Source: a virus (taxonomy: Duplodnaviria > Heunggongvirae > Uroviricota > Caudoviricetes). From it: a stretch of 64,000 bases of DNA. The notes under the pieces are model-generated. The model saw nothing but the letters and a program-made list of their open reading frames with translations. It made no database searches and was not told the origin of the DNA. The stretch lies in the IMG/VR virus record IMGVR_UViG_3300024269_000002; one strand, 5' to 3'. A program made the translations under genes and the position numbers. Below are positions 44,253 to 54,648 of this stretch, one piece after another; position 1 is the stretch's first letter; each line of letters begins with the position of its first letter.

Positions 44253-47200
44253 ATCAGATGAGCTTCAAGATAGAGCTAAGAAACACAAGAAAAACAACAA
44301 AGGACTCAGTTTTTACTGTACTCTAAATCCGGATGCAGGAAATGTTGAGCATAATGTTGCAATGTTTAATCATATGAATACTCCAGCCGAAAGTCCTTCT
44401 GTTAATCCTTGTGGTCCGATGGCTGAAGCTATGAATACAGATGAGGTTTCACATCTATTCAAGTTGCATGTTGGAGATATTGTTGAATATGAAGGTCAAG
44501 AGTTTACTGTTGACGCTATACGCAATGATCCTGATCATACAGAGCTTGTTCCTTCGATGCTGAAACTTGGAGATGACTGGGTTCCTGAAGAATGGGTTGC
44601 CCTGAATTTTGATCATAAACTAAGAGAGGATAATAGTAAGATGGATTCACAGATTGAATTGAATTACACCGATCTTGAAGTGACCATTGTTACAAGACCT
44701 CGCAGACCTTCCAGTTATCATTTTGAGTATGATCGAGATGAAGCACAGACAGTTGAAGAGACGATTGATTACGAGTTTGCTGTTCCGAGATCTGATATTG
44801 TGGATTTCATCTATGAAAACATGACTGAAAATGATTTTGCAGATATCGATACTGCAACTGAGGCTGAGGTACTTGAATTCATTAACAAGAATTTTGACAC
44901 ATTGTTTGCCAAATATGAGTCAATGATTTTGGACGCTTATAGAGATCGAGCAAGAGAAGACGCAGAGGAACATATGAACGAATCATTAACAAATAAAGAG
45001 CTCGGTGAAGCTACTTGTGGCGTAGAGAAGTTTGTTTCATCACTCGGAAAAGATCTACATGAAGCTTTTTTGAGTAAGTTGATTGATAGTAATACTTCTG
45101 AAGAGCTTCTCAGATTAGAAGCTCTGTATGAGAAGTATGCTCGAGCACACGATGATATGCATACACAGAAGATTGTTGAAAAGGTTAGATCTGCAATTGC
45201 TTCATGCGCAGAAAATACTCAACCCTTAGCTGAGTCGGTGAATGAATACGTTATCATGGCAGTATGTAGCGATGGTAAAAAACAGTATTACAATGTTTCT
45301 TCAGCACCACACTGGGTAGCTAAAGCCAAGGATGCAACAATCTTTGATGACATGGACGAGGCAAGAGCTGTCTGGTTCAAGTTGGATAAGAAATCTTTCA
45401 AGAGAGTATTCATTCCTAACTACGATCATGAAAAAATGAACGAGGCTGTTGACATTGACAAACAGTATCAGCTTGACCTTCTGCTTGACCGCATCGAAGA
45501 AGTTATGGACTGGAAACTCAACAAGAAGTGTAAGACAAGAACTCTTGGCAATAATACTTATCGTGTTGTTCATACTTCTGGAAACACTTCAATGATTGTT
45601 AGATTTGATGTTTCCGACCCTGTCAAGCCACTCACTTTCATGATTGATAAGAAAGGTCCATTCACTGCAAAGAATGAGTCAGAAGCGGCTAATATCATCT
45701 TACGTGAGCTTCAGAACAAACACTCTGACTCATTTGATATGTTTAAGAATGAGGGTTTGAGTGATAGAATTCGTAAGAACGACTTGAACTATGATGATGA
45801 GCTTGATGCTTATCTTGCATCTGAGGGTGATACAGAAGTGCAGTTCCAAGATCGTGAAACTCATACACATGAATTCCGCACAAAGAAAAATCAGTGGGGA
45901 AGAAGTTATGTTGATGGGCAGTACAATACACAACCCAAAGTAGCTTCTCATACTTGGGGTCGTGTTTGGAAAGATGGTAAACTTGTAAAACAGTCTGAAG
46001 GTCCAAAGTATCAAGTAAGAGCTGATATTGCAAAATATCTTGATTCTGAAGGTAACTTGGATGAGTCTAAAATCCCTGACAACTGGACTAAGTATCGTGG
46101 AGCTTGGATGTATCCAGTTTATGGTGGATGGGAAGCAAATCTTGATGGCTTACATTATGAAGCTGAAACTGAAGATGAATTGAAGTTAAAGATTGATTCT
46201 GCAGTTCGTGATGGGTATACAAAGGATAACAAACTAGCACCGTTGTATCGAGATACACTACCAGCTTATGGTGGTATGCTCGATGAGGCTTGGAGTCCCG
46301 ATTACATTGATTGCCCTGTTTGTGGCGATATTTCATTTGACGCAAAGAGGGGCAGATGCACTCAGTGTGCATATCGTGAATCTGTTGAGGACGATACTGA
46401 CGATTTAGAGCATCCTGATCAAGAGTTTGATTCTGCAAAGACCTCTATAAATTCTACTAAGTTACCTGCGGTTTACAGAATGGTTAAGATTCCTCAAGGA
46501 ACTACTGGTGTTGACTTCGGTGGTGGATCTTTTGATAATGCAGTAGAGCACATCCGTGATCTTGGAGCAACTCTATGCGTCTATGATCCTTATAATCGTT
46601 CCGCAGAGCATAATCGAGAAGTTATCAAGACATTGAAAGGTAACGGCGGTGCTGACTGGGCTATCAACTCAAATGTTTTGAACGTTATCAAGGAACCTGA
46701 AGCTCGTAAAGCTGTTTTACAGAATATTTCAAAGATTACAAAATCTGGCGCTCCTGTTTACATTACTGTCTACGAGGGTCGTGGAGATGGTAAAGAAGGA
46801 GCTACTAAGTCAGGTTATCAGTTGAATCGTAGAACTCAAGATTACCTTGCTGAAATTCAAGAAGTATTTCCTGATGCAGTACGTAAGGGTAAGTTGATTA
46901 TTGCTCATAACGGCAGAGGACATGTTAACGAAAGTAACAATGCCTATAGTTACAAAGATTACACAATCATCGATGCTGGTTCTGGTTGGAAAGTTAAGGA
47001 TGCTTCTCAGAAGTGGGTTGGCAACGAATTTGCAACCGATAGAGACGCAGAGGAGTTTGTTGACTCTCTGAATGAGTCCTTTTTGGACAGCGATGATAAC
47101 TACGAGTATGTAGCTAGTAAGTCAGTACTTGATTCAGATGGTTTCTATACTGATTACACTTGGTACAAGAACATTGATGGTGTGAATGTATTCGTGTTTG

Positions 47201-49119
47201 GTGACAATGATATCTACAAGCCTGCTGATGGTTACATTGATCATGAAGAGGAAGATGATACCGCTGCTCAGGAATGGTTTGATTCTTACAACGGATTTGA
47301 AGAAGATATTGTTGACGAGAACTTAGATACAAGCAATGATGTCTTCTGTGTCGATGACCAGTTGGAATGGACTGACTTGTCTGGTGTGAAGTTCCGAGCA
47401 CTTGTAACTGATGTCAATGATGATGTTGTAGTTCTCGATATGATGCCCGTAAGCGGAGCTCCTGTTACCAGAACTTTTGAGCTAACTTGTGACTCTAATG
47501 GCAAGGAATGTATCATTGTTGATATGGCCTCCGATAAGAGTGATGCTGTTTATGTTTATCCTCCATATGAAGATCTTGAAGAGAGCACTGCTTCAAACAA
47601 AGTAGTATATCCTAACGGTGAACCTGTTACAGATATTGATCTGAATCGTGCACTTGATTATATGTACGGTACTGATAGAAATCCTGAGTGGACATACACT
47701 GATGCAGAGATGCAGCGGGCAATTTACTACTGGATGGATAAGACTGATCCACATCCATCAGGAAAGTCTTACATGAGCTTACAAGAATCCTACAACATCA
47801 AGTTCTATCAAATTTTCCAAGCCCCATCTAAGCCTACAGAAAATGGTAAGATGATTGGCCAGAGAGATACTCTGAGTGCTGCCATTGACTTCGGAGAGGA
47901 TCGTTGTGGTCCTGGAAAGTTCTTTATCAAGGGTGTTTGCGATGATGGCAAAACTAGATACGTAGATTTCTTTAGAAAAGCAAGGGGTTATGTTCCTTTT
48001 GCCAACTACAAAGATGACGTAACAGAATCTTTTGAAGATGATGGACCAGTTTATGTTGCATCTTCAGTTGAGAGTCTGAACAACTACTGTGCTGGTTTAG
48101 GTGACGCTTGTAAAAGATTACGTGATGGAAACATGTGTTCTTATCGTGGTTATGAAGTAGAATTTGTCGATGGTGAGTACAATGTGTTCTTGCTGGAATC
48201 AATGAACGAATCCTTTGATGACTATCATTATGCAGTTTACAACAATGATGCTCTTTTGAGAGACAAGCTCTGGAGTGTCTCTGACGCACTTGAGTTCATT
48301 CATGCAAATGGTGGCAACATTATCAAACTTTCAAAAGATGGTGTTGATACTGTTATCTGGAAAGATGGTAAGGCAGTTGGAAGCGGATTTATCGGTAAGG
48401 GCATAGATGCTGATGGAAACGATGTTCACTTTGAAGATGGTGAAGATGTTCCAACTCATGCAGCTCCAGAACCTTTCAATCCTAGAAAGTGGTTGTACGG
48501 TGAGTCAAAAGAAAACCGACCTCTGTACATTATCAGAGACAGTCACGGAAATCAACTATCTGCTCCTAATCCTGACGACGAAGAGCTGTGGGATAGAGTT
48601 GCTTCTATGGAAGCAAGAGGAAGACGTGGACTGTGTGTAGTTGCTTATACCGGCAAGAAAGAATCACTGAAAGAGTGGAATGAATTCAGTGATGACGATG
48701 TTGAAGATGATTTGACTCATGCAGCTGTTTACGGCGGCGATAGCAAGTACTGCAAAGAATGCGGTGCTGTAAAGAAATATGATGAGGACGGCTTTTCATA
48801 TTGTCCTGAGTGCTGTGGTGAACTTGACGAGTCCTACTGGTACAATGATCCTGAACTTCGTCAGAAACAAGATCAGCTAATTTCTGAATTAGAAGCTGAT
48901 GGATTTGAAGAAACAGATGGTCAATCATATGGCACTAAGCATTGGACATTCTTCCGCAAGAGAGTTGATGGTAAGGGAGTCTGGAAAGCAATCTTTGTTG
49001 ATACTGGATCAAAAGAAGCTGCAATAATTGATGTAACTTATGGTCAAGTTCGTGGTTATGAGCCACTTGATAGTTTCGATGCTCTAAGAAGAGATCTTGG
49101 AAACAAGTTATTGCCATAA
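44230..49119 (+). CDS. giant protein (1629 aa) with central Rossmann/SAM-methyltransferase-like segment and zinc ribbons
   Basis: Uninterrupted 4.9-kb ORF; VDFGGGSFDNAVEH...CVYDPY resembles MTase motifs I and II; CPVCG...CTQC and CKECG...CPECCG ribbons. Confidence 0.6.
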   Translation: MEIRKLHESDELQDRAKKHKKNNKGLSFYCTLNPDAGNVEHNVAMFNHMNTPAESPSVNPCGPMAEAMNTDEVSHLFKLHVGDIVEYEGQEFTVDAIRNDPDHTELVPSMLKLGDDWVPEEWVALNFDHKLREDNSKMDSQIELNYTDLEVTIVTRPRRPSSYHFEYDRDEAQTVEETIDYEFAVPRSDIVDFIYENMTENDFADIDTATEAEVLEFINKNFDTLFAKYESMILDAYRDRAREDAEEHMNESLTNKELGEATCGVEKFVSSLGKDLHEAFLSKLIDSNTSEELLRLEALYEKYARAHDDMHTQKIVEKVRSAIASCAENTQPLAESVNEYVIMAVCSDGKKQYYNVSSAPHWVAKAKDATIFDDMDEARAVWFKLDKKSFKRVFIPNYDHEKMNEAVDIDKQYQLDLLLDRIEEVMDWKLNKKCKTRTLGNNTYRVVHTSGNTSMIVRFDVSDPVKPLTFMIDKKGPFTAKNESEAANIILRELQNKHSDSFDMFKNEGLSDRIRKNDLNYDDELDAYLASEGDTEVQFQDRETHTHEFRTKKNQWGRSYVDGQYNTQPKVASHTWGRVWKDGKLVKQSEGPKYQVRADIAKYLDSEGNLDESKIPDNWTKYRGAWMYPVYGGWEANLDGLHYEAETEDELKLKIDSAVRDGYTKDNKLAPLYRDTLPAYGGMLDEAWSPDYIDCPVCGDISFDAKRGRCTQCAYRESVEDDTDDLEHPDQEFDSAKTSINSTKLPAVYRMVKIPQGTTGVDFGGGSFDNAVEHIRDLGATLCVYDPYNRSAEHNREVIKTLKGNGGADWAINSNVLNVIKEPEARKAVLQNISKITKSGAPVYITVYEGRGDGKEGATKSGYQLNRRTQDYLAEIQEVFPDAVRKGKLIIAHNGRGHVNESNNAYSYKDYTIIDAGSGWKVKDASQKWVGNEFATDRDAEEFVDSLNESFLDSDDNYEYVASKSVLDSDGFYTDYTWYKNIDGVNVFVFGDNDIYKPADGYIDHEEEDDTAAQEWFDSYNGFEEDIVDENLDTSNDVFCVDDQLEWTDLSGVKFRALVTDVNDDVVVLDMMPVSGAPVTRTFELTCDSNGKECIIVDMASDKSDAVYVYPPYEDLEESTASNKVVYPNGEPVTDIDLNRALDYMYGTDRNPEWTYTDAEMQRAIYYWMDKTDPHPSGKSYMSLQESYNIKFYQIFQAPSKPTENGKMIGQRDTLSAAIDFGEDRCGPGKFFIKGVCDDGKTRYVDFFRKARGYVPFANYKDDVTESFEDDGPVYVASSVESLNNYCAGLGDACKRLRDGNMCSYRGYEVEFVDGEYNVFLLESMNESFDDYHYAVYNNDALLRDKLWSVSDALEFIHANGGNIIKLSKDGVDTVIWKDGKAVGSGFIGKGIDADGNDVHFEDGEDVPTHAAPEPFNPRKWLYGESKENRPLYIIRDSHGNQLSAPNPDDEELWDRVASMEARGRRGLCVVAYTGKKESLKEWNEFSDDDVEDDLTHAAVYGGDSKYCKECGAVKKYDEDGFSYCPECCGELDESYWYNDPELRQKQDQLISELEADGFEETDGQSYGTKHWTFFRKRVDGKGVWKAIFVDTGSKEAAIIDVTYGQVRGYEPLDSFDALRRDLGNKLLP

Positions 49120-49214
49120 ATCTTAATATAGAATCTTGTAGCCGGTGCTGTTGATTTCAGCACCGGCTACAATTGTATATCACTATGTACTATTATATGT
49201 GAAGGAGATATACA

Positions 49215-52037
49215 ATGGCATTTACTGCAAGTAAACTACTAGAAATTGCTATTGCCGAGCTTGGCTACAAAGAAAAAGCTTCTAACTTTCAGCTCGATGA
49301 TAAAGAAGCCAATGCTGGTAGTGGCAACTGGACGAAATATGCTCGTGATCTTCACACCGCAGGATATTATCAAGCAGCTAAGAACGGTTATGCATGGTGT
49401 GACATGTTTGTTGACTGGTGCTTCTTACAGCTTGGTGGCAGCAAAGAAAAAGGCGAATGGCTCGAATGCCAAACAGGACTTTATGGTGCAGGATGCGAAT
49501 GGTCATCTAACTGTTATCGTTGGGCAGATCGTTGCGGAACTGAGCCGAAAGTCGGTGCACAAATCTTCTTTGCTAAAAACGGTAAAGGATCTGAAGAGCA
49601 TACAGGTATTGTAGAAAAGTTTGACAGTAACTATGTTTACACAATTGAGGGTAACGCAAGTAACATGGTAAAGCGTAAAACATACGCTCGTAATTCTGAT
49701 TACATCCTGTGTTATGGATATCCAAGATTTGATGAGACTACAAATGAGACGCAAGCAACAACTTCAACAATTGCTGCTGATCATTTTGACAAAGGGGATG
49801 TCGTTAAGATTGTTTCTGGCGCTAACTGGTTAAGTGGATCTGCTGTTCCTACATGGGTGATCAAGAAGGAATGGATTATTAAAGAAGTTTCTACTTCTGA
49901 TGGTAGAGTTGTTGTCAATGAATCAGTTGATGGAGCAAACAAGATCAATAGTCCTATTCACTATTCTTCTCTAGTTCTTGTTAAGGCTGCTAATCCGAAA
50001 GAGGATAAAGTTGAAACAGAGCTGGACGGAGGAAACAAGGAAACTGAGGTTGCTCAAAGTAGTTTGAAGTATTCTACTGCAAATCCGCCGCTTGTTTGTA
50101 TGCAGACTCAGAGCACTTGTTATAAGGGCACAACCGAAATGACTGTTCTTGGTGTGCTGTGGCATAGTACAGGTGCAAACAACAAGACTATCAAGCGCTA
50201 TGTTCAGCCTAGTGACAATGATCCAAACAAAGATGCTCTGCTTAAGTTAATCGGTAAGAATCAGTATAACAATGACTGGAACCATATTGACAGACAAGCT
50301 GGTTTGAATGCTTGGATTGGTACATTAGCTGATGGCACAGTTACGACCGTTCAGACAATGCCCTGGAACTTTAGACCTTGGGGCTGTGGAAGTGGTAAGA
50401 ATGGTTCTTGTAACAGTGGCTGGATTCAGTTTGAGATCTGTGAGGATAACTTACAAGACGCTGACTATTTCAACAAGGCATACACAGAAGCTTGCGAGCT
50501 AACTGCGTATCTTTGTAAGATGTTTAATCTTGATCCTCATGGAACCATTAACTATAATGGAGTTAAAGTTCCCGTTATCCTTTGTCATGCAGATTCTTAT
50601 GATCTTGGTTTCGGATCAAATCATGGTGACATTGATCACTGGTTCCCGAAGCATGGTAAGTCAATGGTAACAGTAAGAAATGATGTTGCAAAGTTACTCC
50701 AGAATTCAACACAAGCTGCTCCAGTAGAAGGTGTATACCAGAAGGGTGTTGCAACTCAGCTTTCTAAGAATTTCAAATCAACTGAATTTGATTGTCATGG
50801 AGATGGCTGTTGCACTACAACAGAAGTAGATCCAAAACTTGTTACTTATTTACAAACAATTCGTGATCATTTTGGCAAGGCTGTTAATATTAGCAGCGGA
50901 TATAGATGTGCAACACACAACAAGAGTGTTGGAGGAGCTGTTGGTTCAAGACATACAAAAGGTCAAGCAGCTGATATCTATATTAACGGTGTAACTCCTT
51001 TGGAGATTGCTCGTTACGCAGAACAACTTGGCATCTTAGGAATTGGTTTATATGAAACTGATGAAGATGGTCATTTTGTACATGTTGACACAAGAGCGAC
51101 AAAGTCATTCTGGTATGGACAAGCACAAGCTAAGAGAGATACATTCCAAGAGCCTGTTAAAATTGATATATCAAAAGTTAACACAGCAAAAGCTGATCCG
51201 AAGCATGTTTGGGACTTCTTGAAAGCAAAAGCATTGAATGATTTTGCAGTGGCTGGTTTGATGGGCAATTTGCTTGCTGAGTCAAACATGTTACCAATCA
51301 ACTTGCAAAACACTTATGAGAAGAAGCTCGGTATGACAGACGCTGAGTATACAGCAGCAGTTGACCAGGGAATCTACAAAGATTTCGTCAAAGATAGCGC
51401 AGGCTATGGTCTAGCTCAGTGGACATACTACAGCCGTAAGGAAGACTTGTTGGAGTATGCTACTTCTCAGAAGAAATCAATCGGTGATTTAGATATGCAG
51501 CTGGAATTCTTGTGGACTGAGCTTCAAAGATACAAGGCTGTTATGAAGCAGTTGAATGAAGCAACTTCAGTTAGGGAAGCTTCTGATGTAATTCTTCATG
51601 ACTATGAAGCTCCTGCTGATCAAAGCGAGGCTGTTGAAATCAAGCGTGCTGAATTTGGACAGAAGTATTTTGATGACTATGCCGTATGTATGCACAAGTC
51701 AACAGAAATTCAGAACCAGAAAGATGCAACTTGTACAGAAGCTGGATATACAGGTGATAAGGTATGCTCTGAATGTAACTTTGTAGTAGAAGTGGGGTCA
51801 CTTATTCCTCCTATTCAGCACAACTATAGCTTGACAGGAAAGCTTGAGCCTACAATTGAAACAGAAGGCTACACTGGAGATCAAGTTTGTTCAAGATGCA
51901 ATCATACAATCAAGGGAGAAGCAATCAAGAAGTTGAGTCCGATTGTTGTTACTCCTGAAGATGATGAGGTTAAGATTACTATCAAGAAGAGCTGGATCCA
52001 GAAGTTGATTGAGTGGTTGCTCAGCTTGTTAAAATAA
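49215..52037 (+). CDS. polyvalent peptidoglycan hydrolase (CHAP + amidase_2-like + M15 peptidase + tail-lysozyme domain + Cys-rich repeats)
   Basis: CHAP: AWCDMFVDWC...EEHTGIV...TIEGN. Amidase_2-like: VLGVLWHSTGANN...GWIQFEICED. M15: SGYRCATHNKSVGGAVGSRHTKGQAADI...DGHFVHVD. Lysozyme: AGLMGNLLAESN...GYGLAQWTY. Confidence 0.75.
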   Translation: MAFTASKLLEIAIAELGYKEKASNFQLDDKEANAGSGNWTKYARDLHTAGYYQAAKNGYAWCDMFVDWCFLQLGGSKEKGEWLECQTGLYGAGCEWSSNCYRWADRCGTEPKVGAQIFFAKNGKGSEEHTGIVEKFDSNYVYTIEGNASNMVKRKTYARNSDYILCYGYPRFDETTNETQATTSTIAADHFDKGDVVKIVSGANWLSGSAVPTWVIKKEWIIKEVSTSDGRVVVNESVDGANKINSPIHYSSLVLVKAANPKEDKVETELDGGNKETEVAQSSLKYSTANPPLVCMQTQSTCYKGTTEMTVLGVLWHSTGANNKTIKRYVQPSDNDPNKDALLKLIGKNQYNNDWNHIDRQAGLNAWIGTLADGTVTTVQTMPWNFRPWGCGSGKNGSCNSGWIQFEICEDNLQDADYFNKAYTEACELTAYLCKMFNLDPHGTINYNGVKVPVILCHADSYDLGFGSNHGDIDHWFPKHGKSMVTVRNDVAKLLQNSTQAAPVEGVYQKGVATQLSKNFKSTEFDCHGDGCCTTTEVDPKLVTYLQTIRDHFGKAVNISSGYRCATHNKSVGGAVGSRHTKGQAADIYINGVTPLEIARYAEQLGILGIGLYETDEDGHFVHVDTRATKSFWYGQAQAKRDTFQEPVKIDISKVNTAKADPKHVWDFLKAKALNDFAVAGLMGNLLAESNMLPINLQNTYEKKLGMTDAEYTAAVDQGIYKDFVKDSAGYGLAQWTYYSRKEDLLEYATSQKKSIGDLDMQLEFLWTELQRYKAVMKQLNEATSVREASDVILHDYEAPADQSEAVEIKRAEFGQKYFDDYAVCMHKSTEIQNQKDATCTEAGYTGDKVCSECNFVVEVGSLIPPIQHNYSLTGKLEPTIETEGYTGDQVCSRCNHTIKGEAIKKLSPIVVTPEDDEVKITIKKSWIQKLIEWLLSLLK

Positions 52038-52057
52038 CGGTTATTTCACATACAAAG

Positions 52058-52095
52058 AATGAGGTGCTATTCGCGTAGCACCTCATTTCTTGTAT
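52058..52095 (+). terminator. terminator-like hairpin
   Basis: aatgaggtgcta/tagcacctcatt 12-bp stem followed by TCTTGTAT. Confidence 0.5.
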
Positions 52096-52137
52096 ATAAA
52101 GTATATAGATCAAACTTTGAGGAAGGATGTTGATAGT

Positions 52138-54648
52138 ATGGCGTTACGTTTGAATGTTGTTGCCATCGCTGATGGTGGTGGTAAGCCTGCCTCTCAGACC
52201 GAAGTTGTTCATTCCTATACAGTTGATGCTCTGCTTGCAATTGCTCTAGCAGAGAAGGGCTACAAAGAGAAGAGTAGTAATTCAAGTTTAGATAGTAAGA
52301 CAGCTAACGCAGGAAGTAACAACTACACAAAGTATGCAAGAGATCTTCATAATGCTGGTTATTACCAAGCAAGCAAGCAAGGATTTGCTTGGTGTGATAT
52401 GTTCGTTGATTGGTGTTTCTATAAGCTTGTTTGTAATGTAACAGGTAAGACTGGAAAAGATGCTCGGTTGATAGCTAACGAGTTGATCTGCGTGAATGAA
52501 AATCAACTATATGGAGCAGGATGTGCTGAGTCTCGTGGTTACTACAAGGAAAAAGGACGTTTAGGAAATCTACCAGTAAAGGGCGCTCAAATATTTTTCT
52601 GGGAAGCCGGTGAAGTTTCTCACACAGGTATTGTTACAGGATTTGATGCTAATCAAGTTTATACCATTGAGGGTAATACAAATAATCAAGTTAATGAGCG
52701 AGCATACAAGCGGAATGATAGCAGTATTGTTGGCTATGGCTATCCGAAGTTAACAGGACTGAAAGTACCAACCGGATCTACTGTTCCTCCTGACCCTCCA
52801 AGCTCTTATGGCGAGGATACCAGTACTGAAAATACAGACAGTTATAACGGTGGTAACAGTGTCGGCGGAAGCGGCTCAGTCATCTCCTATACATTTGATG
52901 GGCTGAAATATTCAGATGATAACCCACCCTTGTACTGCCCGCAAACTCAAAGCACTTGTTGGAGAGGCACCAGTAAGAATATGACTATTCGCGGAGTGTT
53001 GTGGCACGATACTGGTGCTGGAAACCCTGAGATTCGTAGATATGTTCAACCCGATGACAATGCCAATGATCGAGAGTACTGGATAAACCTACTTGGTAAG
53101 AATCAGTATAACAATGACTGGAATCATGCTGAACGACAAGCAGGAATGAATTGCTGGATAGGTAAACTAGCGGATGGATCTGTTACAACTGTTCAGACAA
53201 TGCCTTGGAATTATAAACCTTGGGGTTGTGGCGGCGCATGTAATGACGGCTGGATTCAGTTTGAAATCTGTGATGATGTTGACCACGGCGATGATCCCGA
53301 CTACTTCCATGCTGCTTATGAAGAAGCTTGCCAGATAACGGCATACTTGTGTGCAAAGTTTAATCTAGACCCTCTTGGAACTGTGGAGTTCAAAGGAAAA
53401 CAAGTTCCTGTTATACTTGATCATCGAACTTCTTGTAAACTTGGACTCGGAAGTAACCACGGTGATGTTAGAGGTTGGTTCAAGAAATATGGTAAATATG
53501 CTGACGAAGATGGCATGCAGATTGTTCGTCAAGATGTTGCAGCACTTTTAAGTAAGGGCGGTAACTATATTCCAAATGTTAGGATTGACGATATTGTTAC
53601 TGTTGATCCCGGAGCAACAGCAAAAGATGGTTCAGTTGCTGCGCCATGGATTACATCTAAGCGTTGGAAAGTTTCTAATACATCCTCAGAGGATGAGTAT
53701 GCGATTCTTGGCCAGCGCGAGGATACCGCATCTGTTGTACTGAATAGGGCTTACAAGAAATCAAATCTGACTGTAGTTACTGCTAATGGATCTGTAACTC
53801 CTTCTCCTAACACAGGCAACTTAACTAACAAAGAAAGAATTTGGAACATTCTTTCTAGCAAAGTTAAGGATAGTAATGGACAAACAAACTATTTCGGAGT
53901 TGCTGGAATCATGGGTAACATGATGGCAGAGTCTGGTCTTAGACCAAACAATCTTCAGAATACATATGAAAAAAGTTTAGGTTACAGTGATGAAAGTTAC
54001 ACTGCTGCTGTTGATAACGGAACATATACAAACTTTGTACGAGACAGCGCAGGTTATGGACTAGTTCAGTGGACATACTGGTCTTTGAAGGAAGAACTAC
54101 TTAAATACGCTCAAGAACATAACAAATCCATTGGTGATCTAGATATGCAAGTAACATTCTTGTGTCATCAGTTGTCAACGGGATATACATCTGTTTGGAA
54201 TACTTGTTGTAACGCTAAAACTGTTAAAGAAGCCTCTGATAAGATGCTACATGGTTTCGAACGACCTTACGGACATGATGGCGTCAACAAAGAGTCACAA
54301 GAAAGTAAGAGAGCTCAGTTTGGTACTGATATTTACAACGAGCTAGTCAACGGTTGTTCTCATTCGGAAACAGTAACACGAGATAATTGCGCTGCAACTT
54401 GTTCCTCTGATGGATACACAGGTGATGAGGTTTGTTCTTCCTGTGGCTTAACTGTTAGATTCGGTGACATTATTCCTGCAACTGGTCATAACTATCAGTA
54501 TGGTGTATGTACTATTTGTGGGGCAACTCCAGAGCAAGATAATGGTGGAGGAGGATCTGTTCCAAACATCACAAATGGTATTGTTACTCGAGATGATTTG
54601 ATTCAGATTCTTTCTGTTTTGAAAGATATGCTAAGTAGAGAAAGTTGA
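52138..54648 (+). CDS. polyvalent peptidoglycan hydrolase paralog (CHAP + amidase_2-like + tail-lysozyme domain + Cys-rich repeat)
   Basis: Same domain order as 49215 minus the M15 domain; FAWCDMFVDWC, VLWHDTGAGN...GWIQFEICDD, AGIMGNMMAESG...GYGLVQWTY; GAGGAAGGA RBS before the ATG at 52138. Confidence 0.7.
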   Translation: MALRLNVVAIADGGGKPASQTEVVHSYTVDALLAIALAEKGYKEKSSNSSLDSKTANAGSNNYTKYARDLHNAGYYQASKQGFAWCDMFVDWCFYKLVCNVTGKTGKDARLIANELICVNENQLYGAGCAESRGYYKEKGRLGNLPVKGAQIFFWEAGEVSHTGIVTGFDANQVYTIEGNTNNQVNERAYKRNDSSIVGYGYPKLTGLKVPTGSTVPPDPPSSYGEDTSTENTDSYNGGNSVGGSGSVISYTFDGLKYSDDNPPLYCPQTQSTCWRGTSKNMTIRGVLWHDTGAGNPEIRRYVQPDDNANDREYWINLLGKNQYNNDWNHAERQAGMNCWIGKLADGSVTTVQTMPWNYKPWGCGGACNDGWIQFEICDDVDHGDDPDYFHAAYEEACQITAYLCAKFNLDPLGTVEFKGKQVPVILDHRTSCKLGLGSNHGDVRGWFKKYGKYADEDGMQIVRQDVAALLSKGGNYIPNVRIDDIVTVDPGATAKDGSVAAPWITSKRWKVSNTSSEDEYAILGQREDTASVVLNRAYKKSNLTVVTANGSVTPSPNTGNLTNKERIWNILSSKVKDSNGQTNYFGVAGIMGNMMAESGLRPNNLQNTYEKSLGYSDESYTAAVDNGTYTNFVRDSAGYGLVQWTYWSLKEELLKYAQEHNKSIGDLDMQVTFLCHQLSTGYTSVWNTCCNAKTVKEASDKMLHGFERPYGHDGVNKESQESKRAQFGTDIYNELVNGCSHSETVTRDNCAATCSSDGYTGDEVCSSCGLTVRFGDIIPATGHNYQYGVCTICGATPEQDNGGGGSVPNITNGIVTRDDLIQILSVLKDMLSRES

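Noticed and set aside
49137-49171. Hairpin after the giant gene as a terminator
   Set aside because: The 12-bp stem gtagccggtgct/agcaccggctac is strong but is followed by AATTGTATAT rather than a U-tract. It may be a stabilising stem-loop rather than an intrinsic terminator.
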